DNA from: a bacterium
GTDB taxonomy: Bacteria; Ratteibacteria; UBA8468; B48-G9; JAFGKM01
Assembly: GCA_026414725.1 (NCBI GenBank)
Contig: JAOAIL010000001.1
Coordinates: 52,566 to 116,565, forward strand
DNA: 64,000 nucleotides
Reading direction: 5' to 3'
Position numbers and translations under genes: made by a program
Part shown: positions 10,701 through 19,990 of the stretch, piece by piece
How positions within the stretch are numbered: position 1 is the first letter of the stretch
Layout of the letters: every line of letters starts with the position of its first letter
Notes under the pieces: generated by a model
Seen by the model: the letters and a program-made list of their open reading frames with translations, nothing else
Databases searched by the model: none
Told to the model about the DNA's origin: nothing

Positions 10701-11186
10701 GGAACAAACTGGCATGGGTGGAATAATATCTGCACTGTATGGACATCACTAAAGACAGAGAACTGGAACCAGTTAAGTACTCAGGAAAGAAGAAAGGCCG
10801 TAATAGCAGCAATAAGAAAAAGGGAAGGAGAAAGGTTCAGAGTAATGACATATTATTACAGTTATATACCTGAAGATATTATCTTTACACCTTTCAGATG
10901 GACTTTTTCTTACATCTCTTCCCTTGATAAAAACCAGAGGGGCTCATGGATATTCTGGACTGTTTTACTCTATCTTTCTTTTGCATTTGTAAAAAATAGA
11001 AGACGAGTAATCACAATAATCTGGTTTCTAATTACCATCCTCCTTTTCTTAAAATCTCTTTACTTTTTTGAATTATGGAATGAAGTAAAAATTTTTAATG
11101 ACATACTTCCTGATTTAAGTAAAGGGTTAATTCTAATATCTCTAATTACATTACTGTTAGGCATTACAAATATCAAACGAAGATAG
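7716..11186 (+). CDS. Tri-domain membrane protein: ArnT/PMT-like GT-C glycosyltransferase + PAP2 phosphatase + C-terminal PHP-type phosphoesterase
   Basis: The N-terminus is multi-TM with the GT-C DE motif (GVDEAHYIQYAL, DHPPMVGYL). The middle has the three PAP2 motifs (KEIFNIPRP, PSGHS, SRCFVGAHFPLDIIGG). The C-terminus is PHP/CpsB-like (LLDLHSHTIYSHDG ... AITEHKDG ... VIVPHIW). Confidence 0.75.
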   Translation: MEEKKYSRYTFILIGLTTLIRLYLAYTIGLGVDEAHYIQYALQPALSYYDHPPMVGYLIRFFIITIGKSLITVRMPAIIAGTGTALMLFYTGKLLYGTKAGFWTVVIFNCIPLFSSIGGIAIVPETILSLFWLIILFLMWQIYLTGKHYLWYLTGIIAGLSLLTKYTAFVIYPSILLFILTVPSMRRWMRKKEPYIGFLISTIMFIPVIIWNYENYWASFIFQFSHGLGEKRFFNIEMFLKNIGAQAGVFSPFIFFFLVYVIIITVRQAVKKDVKALLLTSFSLPVILLFTYSGMSNEVLPHWLAVGYLTILPAAGEIGKTLFSSPSKKIARYFLIVSLVTGGILTILIPVQIISRPFNLSQDIDISQDITGWKDLARRIKEIKIEEKGKDFFVFTHKFYIASQLAYYLEPEVPVYCLSKRIDQYDFWQYSENLKVSLFKRNGIFFCDDHFKTEPGKFYVFQKIEGPEVLPVYQHKRFVKNFYIYRCYNFDTEKTNPSFLQSINFIQRNFKENVKRWNERYFFFINHYACKNKFVDTFFLSLTYIGSGFILIPLIVLIAILKKKKQSVRYIFIFLISLIIGGIIVHILKEIFNIPRPLGYFGKEFVNVLGPPLKKGSFPSGHSQTAFTGVLLLSYLMPEWSILFLILGIFISISRCFVGAHFPLDIIGGFVVAVISFFTAMTLFEKRFILKELYIKHRIAIKTAIYLMLFLYFLFFIIPYQKYPVYTDTQNIAKDIRIIKPLAVRIFTPFTDFPLYFINIPYPKGQILSWFIWLSFIWIIYTVLFLRETLKIKILKILRGMFIILLSLCLLTIYGIFLPVQRYKLIPKSSDTILLDLHSHTIYSHDGIVTPAYNLQWHNNYGFNCWAITEHKDGSISSILQEEIIRRNNLPNSVIPAQEISFKGVYLNLLGIENDINPKEFNNLKELIDKVHSYGGVVIVPHIWADKKMKFSLKEIADAGVDGFEVAGISSVPLTYKKQKEIIELCRNRGLVMVGGTNWHGWNNICTVWTSLKTENWNQLSTQERRKAVIAAIRKREGERFRVMTYYYSYIPEDIIFTPFRWTFSYISSLDKNQRGSWIFWTVLLYLSFAFVKNRRRVITIIWFLITILLFLKSLYFFELWNEVKIFNDILPDLSKGLILISLITLLLGITNIKRR

Positions 11187-11233
11187 GATAATCCCGATGG
11201 ATATTATAATTACATCGTAAAAAATCATCTTTA

Positions 11234-12847
11234 CTACATCCGTTCAGGAAGAGATATATTAAGTAGATTTAACGAAAGTGAAAAAACAGAGAGCAGTGCC
11301 CGTATAAGAATAATCCGTGCAGAAGAGATGTTTTTATCTTCTCCTACAACCCTGTGTTTGTGATAATAAGAGTGAAACAATTTTGCAATATCAAGAAGAT
11401 ATTCAGCAAGAAGATGTACACCATAACTGTTAACAACCGCTTCTATTGTATCAGGGAATTTAGCAATATATTTCATAAGAGATATCTCTTCTATTTCTTT
11501 CAAAAGAGATAGGTCTGTACTATAAACATCAATCCCTTTTTCTTTTGCAAACTCCAGTATGTGTTTCATCCGGACATATGCATACTGGAGATAATAAACA
11601 GGGTTTTCTGTGGACTGTTTTTTTGCAAGTTCTAAGTCAAAGTCCAGATGGCTCTCTGCCTTTCTGAAGATAAAGAAAAACTTGGAAGCATCAGGACCCA
11701 CTTCATCCATCAGTTGTTTAAGAGATATAAACTGCCCTTTTCTTGTAGACATAGAAAGTTTTTCTCTACCTCTGTAGAGTGTTGTCAGTTGAACAATAAT
11801 ACACCTCAGATTTTCAGGATTAAAACCCAGTGTTTCAACCACTGCCTTCAAACGGGGGATATATCCATGATGGTCAGGACCCACAATATTTATCAAGGTA
11901 TCATAACCTCTGTCTATTTTATTCTTATGGTAGGCAATATCAGATGCAAGATAAGTATAAGAACCATCACTCTTCACCACTACCCTATCCTTTTCATCTC
12001 CGTACATACTGCTTTTGAACCACTTCGAACCTTCTGCAGGATATATAAACCCTTTAGATTCAAAGTCCTTAAGTAGTTTGTCCACATTACCATTTTTGAA
12101 AAAATCAACCTCACTTATCCAGTTATCAAAACTCACTCCAAATCTTCTTAAATCATTTTTTATATCTTCAAGGATATAATCAGCAGCAAATCTGTCAAAC
12201 TCAATGTTTTCATCCGGGACTTTTTTTGCAATATCTATAAGGTAATCACCTTCATATCCTCCTTCAGGTATAGAACAATCAATCCCTTTTAGTTGTAGAT
12301 ACCTTGCTTTAAGGGACTCCCCGAGCAGTCTAATCTGTCTGCCTGCATTGTTGATATAATATTCTTTTGTAACTTCATAGCCCGCATATTTAAGAACCCT
12401 TGAGAGTGCTTCACCAAAAGCCGCCTGCCTTCCGTGTGCAATGGTAAGAGGCCCTGTAGGATTGGCACTTACAAACTCAATAAGAACCTTTTTGTTTAAA
12501 GGGGCTGGTTTTAGAGACGAAGTGTCTCCACTGGATATTTCAGAGATAAGGCCGAGATAAAAATCCTCACTCAAAAAAAAATTCAAAAAACCATTCCTGA
12601 CATCTATCCTTTTTATAAATGGGAGATTAAGTGTAAGTATCTTTTCTTTTATATATTCTGCTGCATCCTTTGGAGAGGGAAATCTATCTTTTACCCTGAA
12701 TGCAATATTTGTATAAAATTCTCCAAATTCTTCTTTAAGTGTCGGCAATACAACAACATCTTTTCCTTCTATTCCTATAAGTTTCGGGTCATCCTTAAAC
12801 ACTTCCTCTATAAGTTCTTTAATCCGTTCCTTCGCTGTCTTTTTCAT
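11234..12847 (-). CDS. argS: Arginine--tRNA ligase
   Basis: 537 aa. Class I HIGH-like region (SANPTGPLTIAHGRQAAFGEAL) and the ArgRS anticodon-binding C-terminal domain. Confidence 0.9.
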   Translation of the reverse strand: MKKTAKERIKELIEEVFKDDPKLIGIEGKDVVVLPTLKEEFGEFYTNIAFRVKDRFPSPKDAAEYIKEKILTLNLPFIKRIDVRNGFLNFFLSEDFYLGLISEISSGDTSSLKPAPLNKKVLIEFVSANPTGPLTIAHGRQAAFGEALSRVLKYAGYEVTKEYYINNAGRQIRLLGESLKARYLQLKGIDCSIPEGGYEGDYLIDIAKKVPDENIEFDRFAADYILEDIKNDLRRFGVSFDNWISEVDFFKNGNVDKLLKDFESKGFIYPAEGSKWFKSSMYGDEKDRVVVKSDGSYTYLASDIAYHKNKIDRGYDTLINIVGPDHHGYIPRLKAVVETLGFNPENLRCIIVQLTTLYRGREKLSMSTRKGQFISLKQLMDEVGPDASKFFFIFRKAESHLDFDLELAKKQSTENPVYYLQYAYVRMKHILEFAKEKGIDVYSTDLSLLKEIEEISLMKYIAKFPDTIEAVVNSYGVHLLAEYLLDIAKLFHSYYHKHRVVGEDKNISSARIILIRALLSVFSLSLNLLNISLPERM

Positions 12848-13139
12848 CCTGTTCCCTTCTTATCTCTGCCAGTAATTCTTCAATCCTGAACTCTTTTCTC
12901 TCATCATATACAAACTCTATCTTTGGAGCACGTTTTATTACAAGTTGAGTTGCAAGTTTATGCTGGATATAAGGGGTGGAATGGATAAGCCCGTTTAATG
13001 AACGGTTCTTCTCCTCATCACTGCCCATTATACTCACCCCTATCTTTGCATACTTTAAATCAGATGTAATATCAACATATGTAATGGTGAAAAATCCAAT
13101 ATCAGGGTCTGATATGTGCCGCCTTATAATTTCCTCCAC
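12819..13139 (-). CDS. rbfA: Ribosome-binding factor A
   Basis: 106 aa with a KH-like RbfA signature (FFTITYVDITSDLKYAKIGVSIMG). Overlaps the argS start. Confidence 0.8.
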   Translation of the reverse strand: MEEIIRRHISDPDIGFFTITYVDITSDLKYAKIGVSIMGSDEEKNRSLNGLIHSTPYIQHKLATQLVIKRAPKIEFVYDERKEFRIEELLAEIRREQDEKDSEGTD

Positions 13140-13498
13140 CTCTTTCCTTACAAGGTGTTCCAGTTTCTTCTGTCTTCTCTCTTTAATTTTCCCCTCCTTT
13201 TACAGAACTTTATGTGGATTTTTTCAGTACTTATAATTCTCATTCAATACCTTGTTATATCCTTTCTTAAGTTGCTTTCTACATATTTTGTCTATCTCTT
13301 CTATTTCAGATTTTTTGAATTTAGATTTTAGAAGATTGAAAAAACAAATTCATTTATATAACCTTCTCTTAAGAGATTACTGATAATCTGACATTTTGTT
13401 CTTTTTCTCATTTTATAGAATTTATTATACCATAAAGGGGAGAGAAAAAGGATAGTAAAAACTTGCGTTTAAGTGGTATTGGTGGTAAATTAAAATCA

Positions 13499-15670
13499 AT
13501 GGAACAGATAGAAAAAAAGACACTTGAGCGGTGGATAGAAGGATTTATTATCTTTGCGGTATCTATATACCTTTTCTTCTGCTTGATTTCTTTTTCTCCC
13601 TTTGACCCTACATTTGGTTTTGCCAGAACTGGTTCTCCTGTAAATACATCTGTGGAGAACTTTGGAGGTAAATTTGGTTCATATCTTACAGGACTGCTCT
13701 TTTATCTCTTCGGGCAGGTATCCTACCTCTTTGTCATATTACTGCTTCTTCTCGGATATAATATCGTATGGGGAGAAAAACTCGGACTGTGGAGAAAAAT
13801 TATAAGCAGTTTAGGTTTAATCCTAACCCTTTCTATCTTTCTGTCTGTCCGTAATGGATACAGTGCATCTGGAGGGATATTAGGGCTTTTAATTGGACCT
13901 CCTTTACAGGACTATTTCGGTAAAAATGGTATATATATGATACTCATCCTTACCGGATTGGGTTCTTTATATGCCGGGTATAAGATATTTATTGCTCCCT
14001 TCAAAGAGATATTTGACTATTACCGTGAAGTCCGCAGAGAAAGGATACCTATACCAGAACCATTACCTGAAGAAAAAGAAGAAAGAAAACCGAGAGAGAG
14101 AAAGACGAGGAAACCGGTTGTGGTTGAAAAAGTAGTTGAAGAAGTAGAAAATAAGAAGGTAGATGTTGCAGTTAAAGAGGAAAAAGAGAAATCCCCTCCC
14201 CCTGCAAAAACACCATCCAGACCTGTCAGGATAGGTGATTACAAACTTCCACCACTTGACCTTCTAAAATCAGCGACACCTGCTCAGCAGGAAACAGAAG
14301 AAGACCTTGAAAGATATGCCCAGGTAATAGAGGAGACATTACTGGAGTTTGGTATAGAAGGAGAGGTAGTGGAAATCAATCAGGGTCCGAGGGTTACTAT
14401 GTATGAGGTACAGTTAGCACCTGGTATTCCCATACAGAAGGTTCATAGTATACAGGATAATATCGCTATGAACCTTAAAACCACCACAATAAGGGTTGTG
14501 GCACCTTTGCCCAATAAGTCCACCGTAGGAATAGAGGTCCCTAATAGAGAGATTTCTATTGTCGCACTGAGAGAGATACTGTCAAGTAAGGAATTCCAGA
14601 AAAGTTCATCCAAACTTACAATTGCTATAGGAAAGAACATTATGGGGAAGCCCGTTATTACCGATATGAAACTTCTTCCTCATATACTTATAGCAGGAGC
14701 GACTGGTTCTGGAAAAACTGTATGTATAAACTCTTTTATAACATCTATACTCTTTAAGGCAGGTCCGGATGAAGTAAAATTTATAATGATAGACCCGAAG
14801 ATGGTAGAACTTATCTGTTATAACGGACTTCCTCATCTTCTCTGTCCTGTCATTGTAGATATTAAAGATGCGGTTAATACACTTAAGTGGCTTATCGGAG
14901 AGATGACCAGAAGGTATAAACTTTTTTCAGATGTCAGAGTCCGTAATATAGAGATATATAACAGTTTGAAAGATGTAGACCAACTTCCATATATAGTGGT
15001 TGTGATAGATGAACTCGCTGACCTTATGATGATAGCGAGAAATGAAATAGAAAACAGTATTATACGACTGGCACAATTATCAAGAGCTGCAGGTATTCAT
15101 CTTATACTGGCAACACAGAGACCTTCTGTAAATGTTATTACAGGTGTTATTAAAGCAAATCTTCCCTCCAGAATCTCTTTCCAGGTTACTTCAAAATTTG
15201 ATTCACGGACAATTCTTGACAGGATAGGTGCAGAGAAACTTCTCGGTAGAGGAGACCTGCTCTTTATTCCACCCGGTAGTTCATCCCTTATGAGAATCCA
15301 AGGATGTCTGGTAAGTGATGAGGAGATTGAGCGAGTATGTAATTTTATAAAGGCACAGAAGACCCCTGAATACCAGATGGAAATTGTGGAAGGGAAACAT
15401 GGAGAGGAACAGACAGAAATTCCATCCCTTTCAATTTCAGGAGAAAGCGATGAAGAATCCCTATATCAGGAAGCAAAAAGGATTGTCCTTACAACAAAAA
15501 TTGCTTCTATCTCAATGTTACAGAGAAGGTTGAAAATCGGTTTTAACAAAGCAGCGAGGTTTATTGAGAGGATGGAAGAGGAAGGTATCGTCGGTCCTTA
15601 CAGGGAAGGTAAACCGAGAAGGGTAATTGTCCCTGGAGAACTTGATGAGGGAGAATATACCGATAAATGA
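13499..15670 (+). CDS. ftsK: DNA translocase FtsK
   Basis: N-terminal TM segments, a Pro/Lys/Glu-rich linker, Walker A (GATGSGKT), Walker B (VVVIDELADLM), and the C-terminal gamma winged helix (SISMLQRRLKIGFNKAARFIERMEEEGIV). The ORF track starts at a TTG at 13463; the first ATG is at 13499. Confidence 0.9.
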   Translation: MEQIEKKTLERWIEGFIIFAVSIYLFFCLISFSPFDPTFGFARTGSPVNTSVENFGGKFGSYLTGLLFYLFGQVSYLFVILLLLLGYNIVWGEKLGLWRKIISSLGLILTLSIFLSVRNGYSASGGILGLLIGPPLQDYFGKNGIYMILILTGLGSLYAGYKIFIAPFKEIFDYYREVRRERIPIPEPLPEEKEERKPRERKTRKPVVVEKVVEEVENKKVDVAVKEEKEKSPPPAKTPSRPVRIGDYKLPPLDLLKSATPAQQETEEDLERYAQVIEETLLEFGIEGEVVEINQGPRVTMYEVQLAPGIPIQKVHSIQDNIAMNLKTTTIRVVAPLPNKSTVGIEVPNREISIVALREILSSKEFQKSSSKLTIAIGKNIMGKPVITDMKLLPHILIAGATGSGKTVCINSFITSILFKAGPDEVKFIMIDPKMVELICYNGLPHLLCPVIVDIKDAVNTLKWLIGEMTRRYKLFSDVRVRNIEIYNSLKDVDQLPYIVVVIDELADLMMIARNEIENSIIRLAQLSRAAGIHLILATQRPSVNVITGVIKANLPSRISFQVTSKFDSRTILDRIGAEKLLGRGDLLFIPPGSSSLMRIQGCLVSDEEIERVCNFIKAQKTPEYQMEIVEGKHGEEQTEIPSLSISGESDEESLYQEAKRIVLTTKIASISMLQRRLKIGFNKAARFIERMEEEGIVGPYREGKPRRVIVPGELDEGEYTDK

Positions 15671-16052
15671 AGTCATTAGAGAAAAACGGATAAAAGAAGG
15701 GATTAAACTGGAAGAGGTTTTTGATGAAACACACATCCCTATAAAATTTCTCCGTATGATAGAGGATGGCAACTGGGAAAAATTCCCAAGTCAGTTACAT
15801 ATGAAAGGGTTTATACGACTGTACGGTAAATATATGGATATTCCGGCAGCAGTAATTGAAGAAGGTATAAATAAAATAACTGAAACAAAAAGAGATAATG
15901 AACAGCAAAAAGATAACCAAGATAAAGAAGAAATCAGTGAAGAAAAGAGGGAACTTGCAGAAATTCCTGCCAGATATCTTTGTCTATTGTTTTTCCTTAT
16001 CATCCTCTTTGTATTCATATATTTTTTAACACTCTATTTTCTACCAGAATGA
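15645..16052 (+). CDS. RodZ-like HTH (XRE-type) membrane protein
   Basis: N-terminal HTH similar to RodZ (GIKLEEVFDETHIPIKFLRMIEDGNWEKFPSQLHMKGFIRLYGKYMDI), an acidic linker, and a single C-terminal TM helix. Overlaps the ftsK stop. Start is ambiguous (15627 or 15645). Confidence 0.55.
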   Translation: MRENIPINEVIREKRIKEGIKLEEVFDETHIPIKFLRMIEDGNWEKFPSQLHMKGFIRLYGKYMDIPAAVIEEGINKITETKRDNEQQKDNQDKEEISEEKRELAEIPARYLCLLFFLIILFVFIYFLTLYFLPE

Positions 16053-17347
16053 AACAGAAAATATGTCTAATAACCCTCGGCTGTCCCAAAAATCTTGTTG
16101 ATTCTGAAACTATCCTTGCCTTACTCGGACAGGAAAACTATATCCTAACTGATATGGATGAGGCAGATATCATTATAGTTAACACCTGCGGCTTTATAAA
16201 AGATGCGATAGATGAGTCCTTAACAGTTATCAAAGACCTGTGCAGAAGAAAAAAGAGAGGACAGAAGGTTGTTGTTTATGGATGTCTTGTTAATAGATAT
16301 GGGAATAATTTCCCACATATAAAGGGTATAAATATGCTGGTTGAAGGTGTCAACCCCATCTATCTGGTAAGAGCAATAAAGGAAGAGACAAAAAAGAAAT
16401 TTATTATTGGTGATTGTTCCAGTATTGGAAATCACCCTCGTTTTATATCTACCTTTCCCTATGCATATATTAAAATCTCTGATGGTTGTGATAACCTGTG
16501 CAGTTATTGTATTATCCCTGAAATCAGGGGGCATCTGAGAAGTAGAAAGATAGGAGATATTATAAAAGAAGCAGAAAATCTGGAAGCGATGGGGATAAAA
16601 GAGGTTATCATTGTATCTCAAGATACAGGGAATTATGGCAGAGACATTGAGGGAAGATGCATTCTTGATAAACTTCTGTTACAACTATGTAGATATAATT
16701 TTCACTGGATAAGGGTTATGTATATCCATCCTGCCCATATCAATGAGAAGATCATTGAAGTAATGGCAACTAACAGAAATATCTGTAGGTATCTTGACAT
16801 TCCGCTACAGCATATCCACCCTGATATATTGAAAAAGATGAATAGACCCATTATTGACTATAACAGAGTTATTGATTTTATAAGAAAAGCCATTCCAGAA
16901 ATTAAAATCAGAACAACATTTATTGTGGGGTTCCCTGGAGAGAAAGAAGAGCATTTTAAAATGCTTGTTGACTTTGTTAGAGAAAAAGAATTTGACCGAC
17001 TTGGTGTATTCAGATATTCAAGGGAAGGGGGGACACCTGCATATAATTTAAAATATCAGGTTGATGATGAGATAAAAAAGGAAAGGGAAAGGATTATTAT
17101 GGAAATCCAGAGGAAGATATCCCGCAGAAAACTTGAGAAATTCCTCGGGAAAACAATAGATGTGCTTATTGAAAGTAAGGAAGGAGATTACTTTATAGGT
17201 AGAACAGAATTTGATGCTCCTGATATAGACGGAACAGTATATATAAGGTCAAAAGATATAGTTAAAAGTGGTGATATATGTAAGATTAAAATAATATCTT
17301 CTGATGATTATGACCTGTATGGAAAATTACTGAAAAAGAATAATTAA
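16049..17347 (+). CDS. rimO: Ribosomal protein S12 methylthiotransferase RimO (radical SAM MTTase)
   Basis: N-terminal ICLITLGCPKNLVDSE (RimO-type MTTase domain), radical-SAM CDNLCSYC, and a C-terminal TRAM domain. The ATG at 16049 overlaps the upstream stop as ATGA. Confidence 0.85.
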   Translation: MKQKICLITLGCPKNLVDSETILALLGQENYILTDMDEADIIIVNTCGFIKDAIDESLTVIKDLCRRKKRGQKVVVYGCLVNRYGNNFPHIKGINMLVEGVNPIYLVRAIKEETKKKFIIGDCSSIGNHPRFISTFPYAYIKISDGCDNLCSYCIIPEIRGHLRSRKIGDIIKEAENLEAMGIKEVIIVSQDTGNYGRDIEGRCILDKLLLQLCRYNFHWIRVMYIHPAHINEKIIEVMATNRNICRYLDIPLQHIHPDILKKMNRPIIDYNRVIDFIRKAIPEIKIRTTFIVGFPGEKEEHFKMLVDFVREKEFDRLGVFRYSREGGTPAYNLKYQVDDEIKKERERIIMEIQRKISRRKLEKFLGKTIDVLIESKEGDYFIGRTEFDAPDIDGTVYIRSKDIVKSGDICKIKIISSDDYDLYGKLLKKNN

Positions 17348-17532
17348 AAATAATTCTACATACGTAATTGAGTTTCTCCTGCAATAGTGAGGAACTCCTA
17401 TCCATATGAGGGGAGAATATATAGGTGGGGTGAAAAGTACAGAAAAGGTCTCATAATTCCCCTCTCCTTTCAATGTAGAGGCATCTTAAGTATTACCTTT
17501 TATAATTTCTTATGCTCTTCTTTTCTAAATTT

Positions 17533-18489
17533 TTATTTTAGAAGAATCGTCAGCCACAGAGGAATTGTGATAAGAGAGAAAAGGTGTGTGGTAAAAACAG
17601 AAGAAGCAGCGAACTCAGTATCTGAGTTGTATACCTCACTCAATACAACACTCGCTATAGCAGAAGGCATTACAGCAACAATAAAAAGTATATTTTTTGC
17701 TTCCTGAGTAAAAGGTAAAAGATAAAGTATAATAGAAGATATTGCAGGAATAATTAAAAGACGGAGGGATATAATATAACCTTGAATGGTTGTAATAAGA
17801 TGATGGGATTTTAGGTCTGCCATTCTACTACCTGCGATAAACATAGCAACAGGAATGGCTCCTTTACCAAAAATATCAACAGCAGAAAAGAAAGATACTC
17901 CTATTTCTTTTATAATTAATGGACAGGCATAAAGAAAATTACACATATCCCTTAATACTATTGCTATTACTGATAAAATAATTGCTATAACGGGAACACT
18001 CAAAAATTTTTTTATGCTATCTTTACGAAACTTATTACCTGTAAGGCCAAAAATCCCTATTGTCCAGACAGAAAGTTCTGAACCGAGTGTGGAGAATATA
18101 AGGTATGCGACTCCTGTATTTCCATACAGCATAAGGGCTATAGGAAGAGGAAGAAAGGAATAATTGTTTATGGTACACTGGAAGAGAAACTGTCCTTTCT
18201 CCTTCTCGTCTTTGAAAGTAATAATCCTTGAAAATATATTCCCTGTAATATAACCTGTTGTCATTATTATAAGTGTTCCCAATGGTAATACCCAGTTCTC
18301 GGCCAGTCCATTAAGGGAAAAATTGTTTACCAGATATGAAAAGATAAGTGCAGGATAGAAGAAGTTTGTAGTAATACGTGACATCTGACTGGCTGTCTCT
18401 TTTGCAAGCATATTTAATCTTCTTGCCAGAACCCCTACTCCTATCATTCCGAATATCGCCAGTATCCGTATAAAAAGTTTTAGAAACAT
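17533..18489 (-). CDS. AEC-family (auxin efflux carrier / malate-permease-like) membrane transporter
   Basis: 318 aa, ~10 TM segments, with the two-repeat AEC architecture. Confidence 0.7.
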   Translation of the reverse strand: MFLKLFIRILAIFGMIGVGVLARRLNMLAKETASQMSRITTNFFYPALIFSYLVNNFSLNGLAENWVLPLGTLIIMTTGYITGNIFSRIITFKDEKEKGQFLFQCTINNYSFLPLPIALMLYGNTGVAYLIFSTLGSELSVWTIGIFGLTGNKFRKDSIKKFLSVPVIAIILSVIAIVLRDMCNFLYACPLIIKEIGVSFFSAVDIFGKGAIPVAMFIAGSRMADLKSHHLITTIQGYIISLRLLIIPAISSIILYLLPFTQEAKNILFIVAVMPSAIASVVLSEVYNSDTEFAASSVFTTHLFSLITIPLWLTILLK

Positions 18490-18553
18490 AGCATTTATTA
18501 TACTCTAAATTTGCTTGTTTTACATATTAAAACAAATAGTGTAAAATAATAAT

Positions 18554-18931
18554 ATGGAAGAGAAACTTAAAAAAATATTGATTATTGAAGATGAGCCAGA
18601 TAATCTCAAAGTTCTTTCTATGGCACTTAAATCATCAGGTTATATTGTATTTGGGGCAACTAACGGAGAAGATGGACTTGAGATATTCAGGGAAGAGAAA
18701 CCGGACCTCGTTATATTAGATGTAGTAATGCCTGTTATGGATGGATGGGAGGTTTTAAGAAGGATAAAGTCCGGATTAAGAAGCAGGCGTGTTCCTGTAA
18801 TAATGCTTACAGCAAAAAATGCTGACCAGGATAAAATAAAGGGCTATGAGTTTGGTGCTGATTTCTATGTAACTAAACCGTATAATATAAAAAAACTTCT
18901 CCCTGTCATTAGGGATATGTTAAGCAAGTAA
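18554..18931 (+). CDS. Single-domain response-regulator receiver (CheY-like)
   Basis: ILIIEDEPDN, LVILDVVMPVMDG, IMLTAK. The phospho-acceptor Asp and the conserved Lys are present. Confidence 0.85.
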   Translation: MEEKLKKILIIEDEPDNLKVLSMALKSSGYIVFGATNGEDGLEIFREEKPDLVILDVVMPVMDGWEVLRRIKSGLRSRRVPVIMLTAKNADQDKIKGYEFGADFYVTKPYNIKKLLPVIRDMLSK

Positions 18932-18933
18932 AA

Positions 18934-19905
18934 ATGCCTGTAAATCTACCCCCACAATACCATCAGAAAGAAGCAGAGTTGAAAACCGCTAAGACATTAG
19001 AGGAAAAGATCTCTATCCTTGAGGAACTTCTTGCCATAATGCCCAAGCATAAGTCATCAGAAAAACTTCAGGCACTCCTACGGACAAAAATAGCAAAATA
19101 TAGGAAAGAACTTGAAAAAAAACCGCAGACAGCAAAAAAACAGACAGTACCTGTTATTATAAAAGAAGGAGCAGGACAGATTGTTCTCTGTGGACCACCA
19201 AATTCAGGTAAATCCACACTTCTTTCAGTATTAACAAAAGCAAAACCAGAGATAGCGGACTATCCTTTTACTACTAAAATACCTACCCCCGGGATGATGA
19301 AGTATGAGGATATAAATATACAACTGGTAGACACACCATCCCTTTCCTCACAACTTTCAGAGAACTGGCTCGGAGACATCTTAAGAAAAGCGGATGGACT
19401 TATATTCCTTTTTGACCTTTCCTCTGACTCTCTGATTGAAGATATGGATGACTCTTTGAAGACACTTGAAAGGTTTCGTATCAAAGAGGAAGGTAGTTTC
19501 ATTTTTAACAAGAATATTATATGGATAGGTAATAAGGTAGATGTCCCAGCATCTAAAGATATAAGAGAGATATTCAAAGAACTTTATGGAGAAAAAATAA
19601 AGAACAACTTTATTGAAATATCTGCAAAGGAAGGTACAAATATTGAGATATTACCAGAACTGACTTTCAAACTTTTAAATATCATACGGGTATATACAAA
19701 AATACCTGGAAAACCACCAGATACAGAAAATCCTTATACTTTGAAAAATGGCTCACTTGTAATAGAACTTGCGGAACTTATCCACAAAGACATTGCTAAA
19801 AATTTTAAGTATGCACGGCTATGGAGAAAAGGAGAAGATAAGGTTATTATTGCAGGCAGGGACTTTAAACTTGAAGACAGGGATATTATAGAGGTGCATA
19901 TATAA
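18934..19905 (+). CDS. DRG/Rbg1-family (developmentally regulated GTP-binding protein-like) GTPase with C-terminal TGS domain
   Basis: N-terminal helical region (RTKIAKYRKELEKK) aligns to the DRG N-terminus (KAKLAKLRAQLLEP). G1 is GPPNSGKSTL, then YPFTTKIPTPGMMKYEDINIQLVDTPSL. C-terminal TGS is FKYARLWRKGEDKVIIAGRDFKLEDRDIIEVHI, compared with DRG FKYALVWGTSTKY...HEDVIQIVKK. Start is 3 nt after the receiver stop. Confidence 0.75.
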   Translation: MPVNLPPQYHQKEAELKTAKTLEEKISILEELLAIMPKHKSSEKLQALLRTKIAKYRKELEKKPQTAKKQTVPVIIKEGAGQIVLCGPPNSGKSTLLSVLTKAKPEIADYPFTTKIPTPGMMKYEDINIQLVDTPSLSSQLSENWLGDILRKADGLIFLFDLSSDSLIEDMDDSLKTLERFRIKEEGSFIFNKNIIWIGNKVDVPASKDIREIFKELYGEKIKNNFIEISAKEGTNIEILPELTFKLLNIIRVYTKIPGKPPDTENPYTLKNGSLVIELAELIHKDIAKNFKYARLWRKGEDKVIIAGRDFKLEDRDIIEVHI

Positions 19906-19919
19906 AAGGTTATATAGCG

Positions 19920-19947
19920 TTGACTTTTTTTAGATAAGATATATAAT
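19920..19947 (+). promoter_or_regulatory. Near-consensus sigma70 promoter upstream of rpsF
   Basis: TTGACT (19920-19925), a 16-nt spacer, then TATAAT (19942-19947), ~45 nt upstream of the rpsF start. Confidence 0.45.
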
Positions 19948-19990
19948 AATAAGGCAAAATAAAAACTGGATTTAAAAACTATTATAAGAG

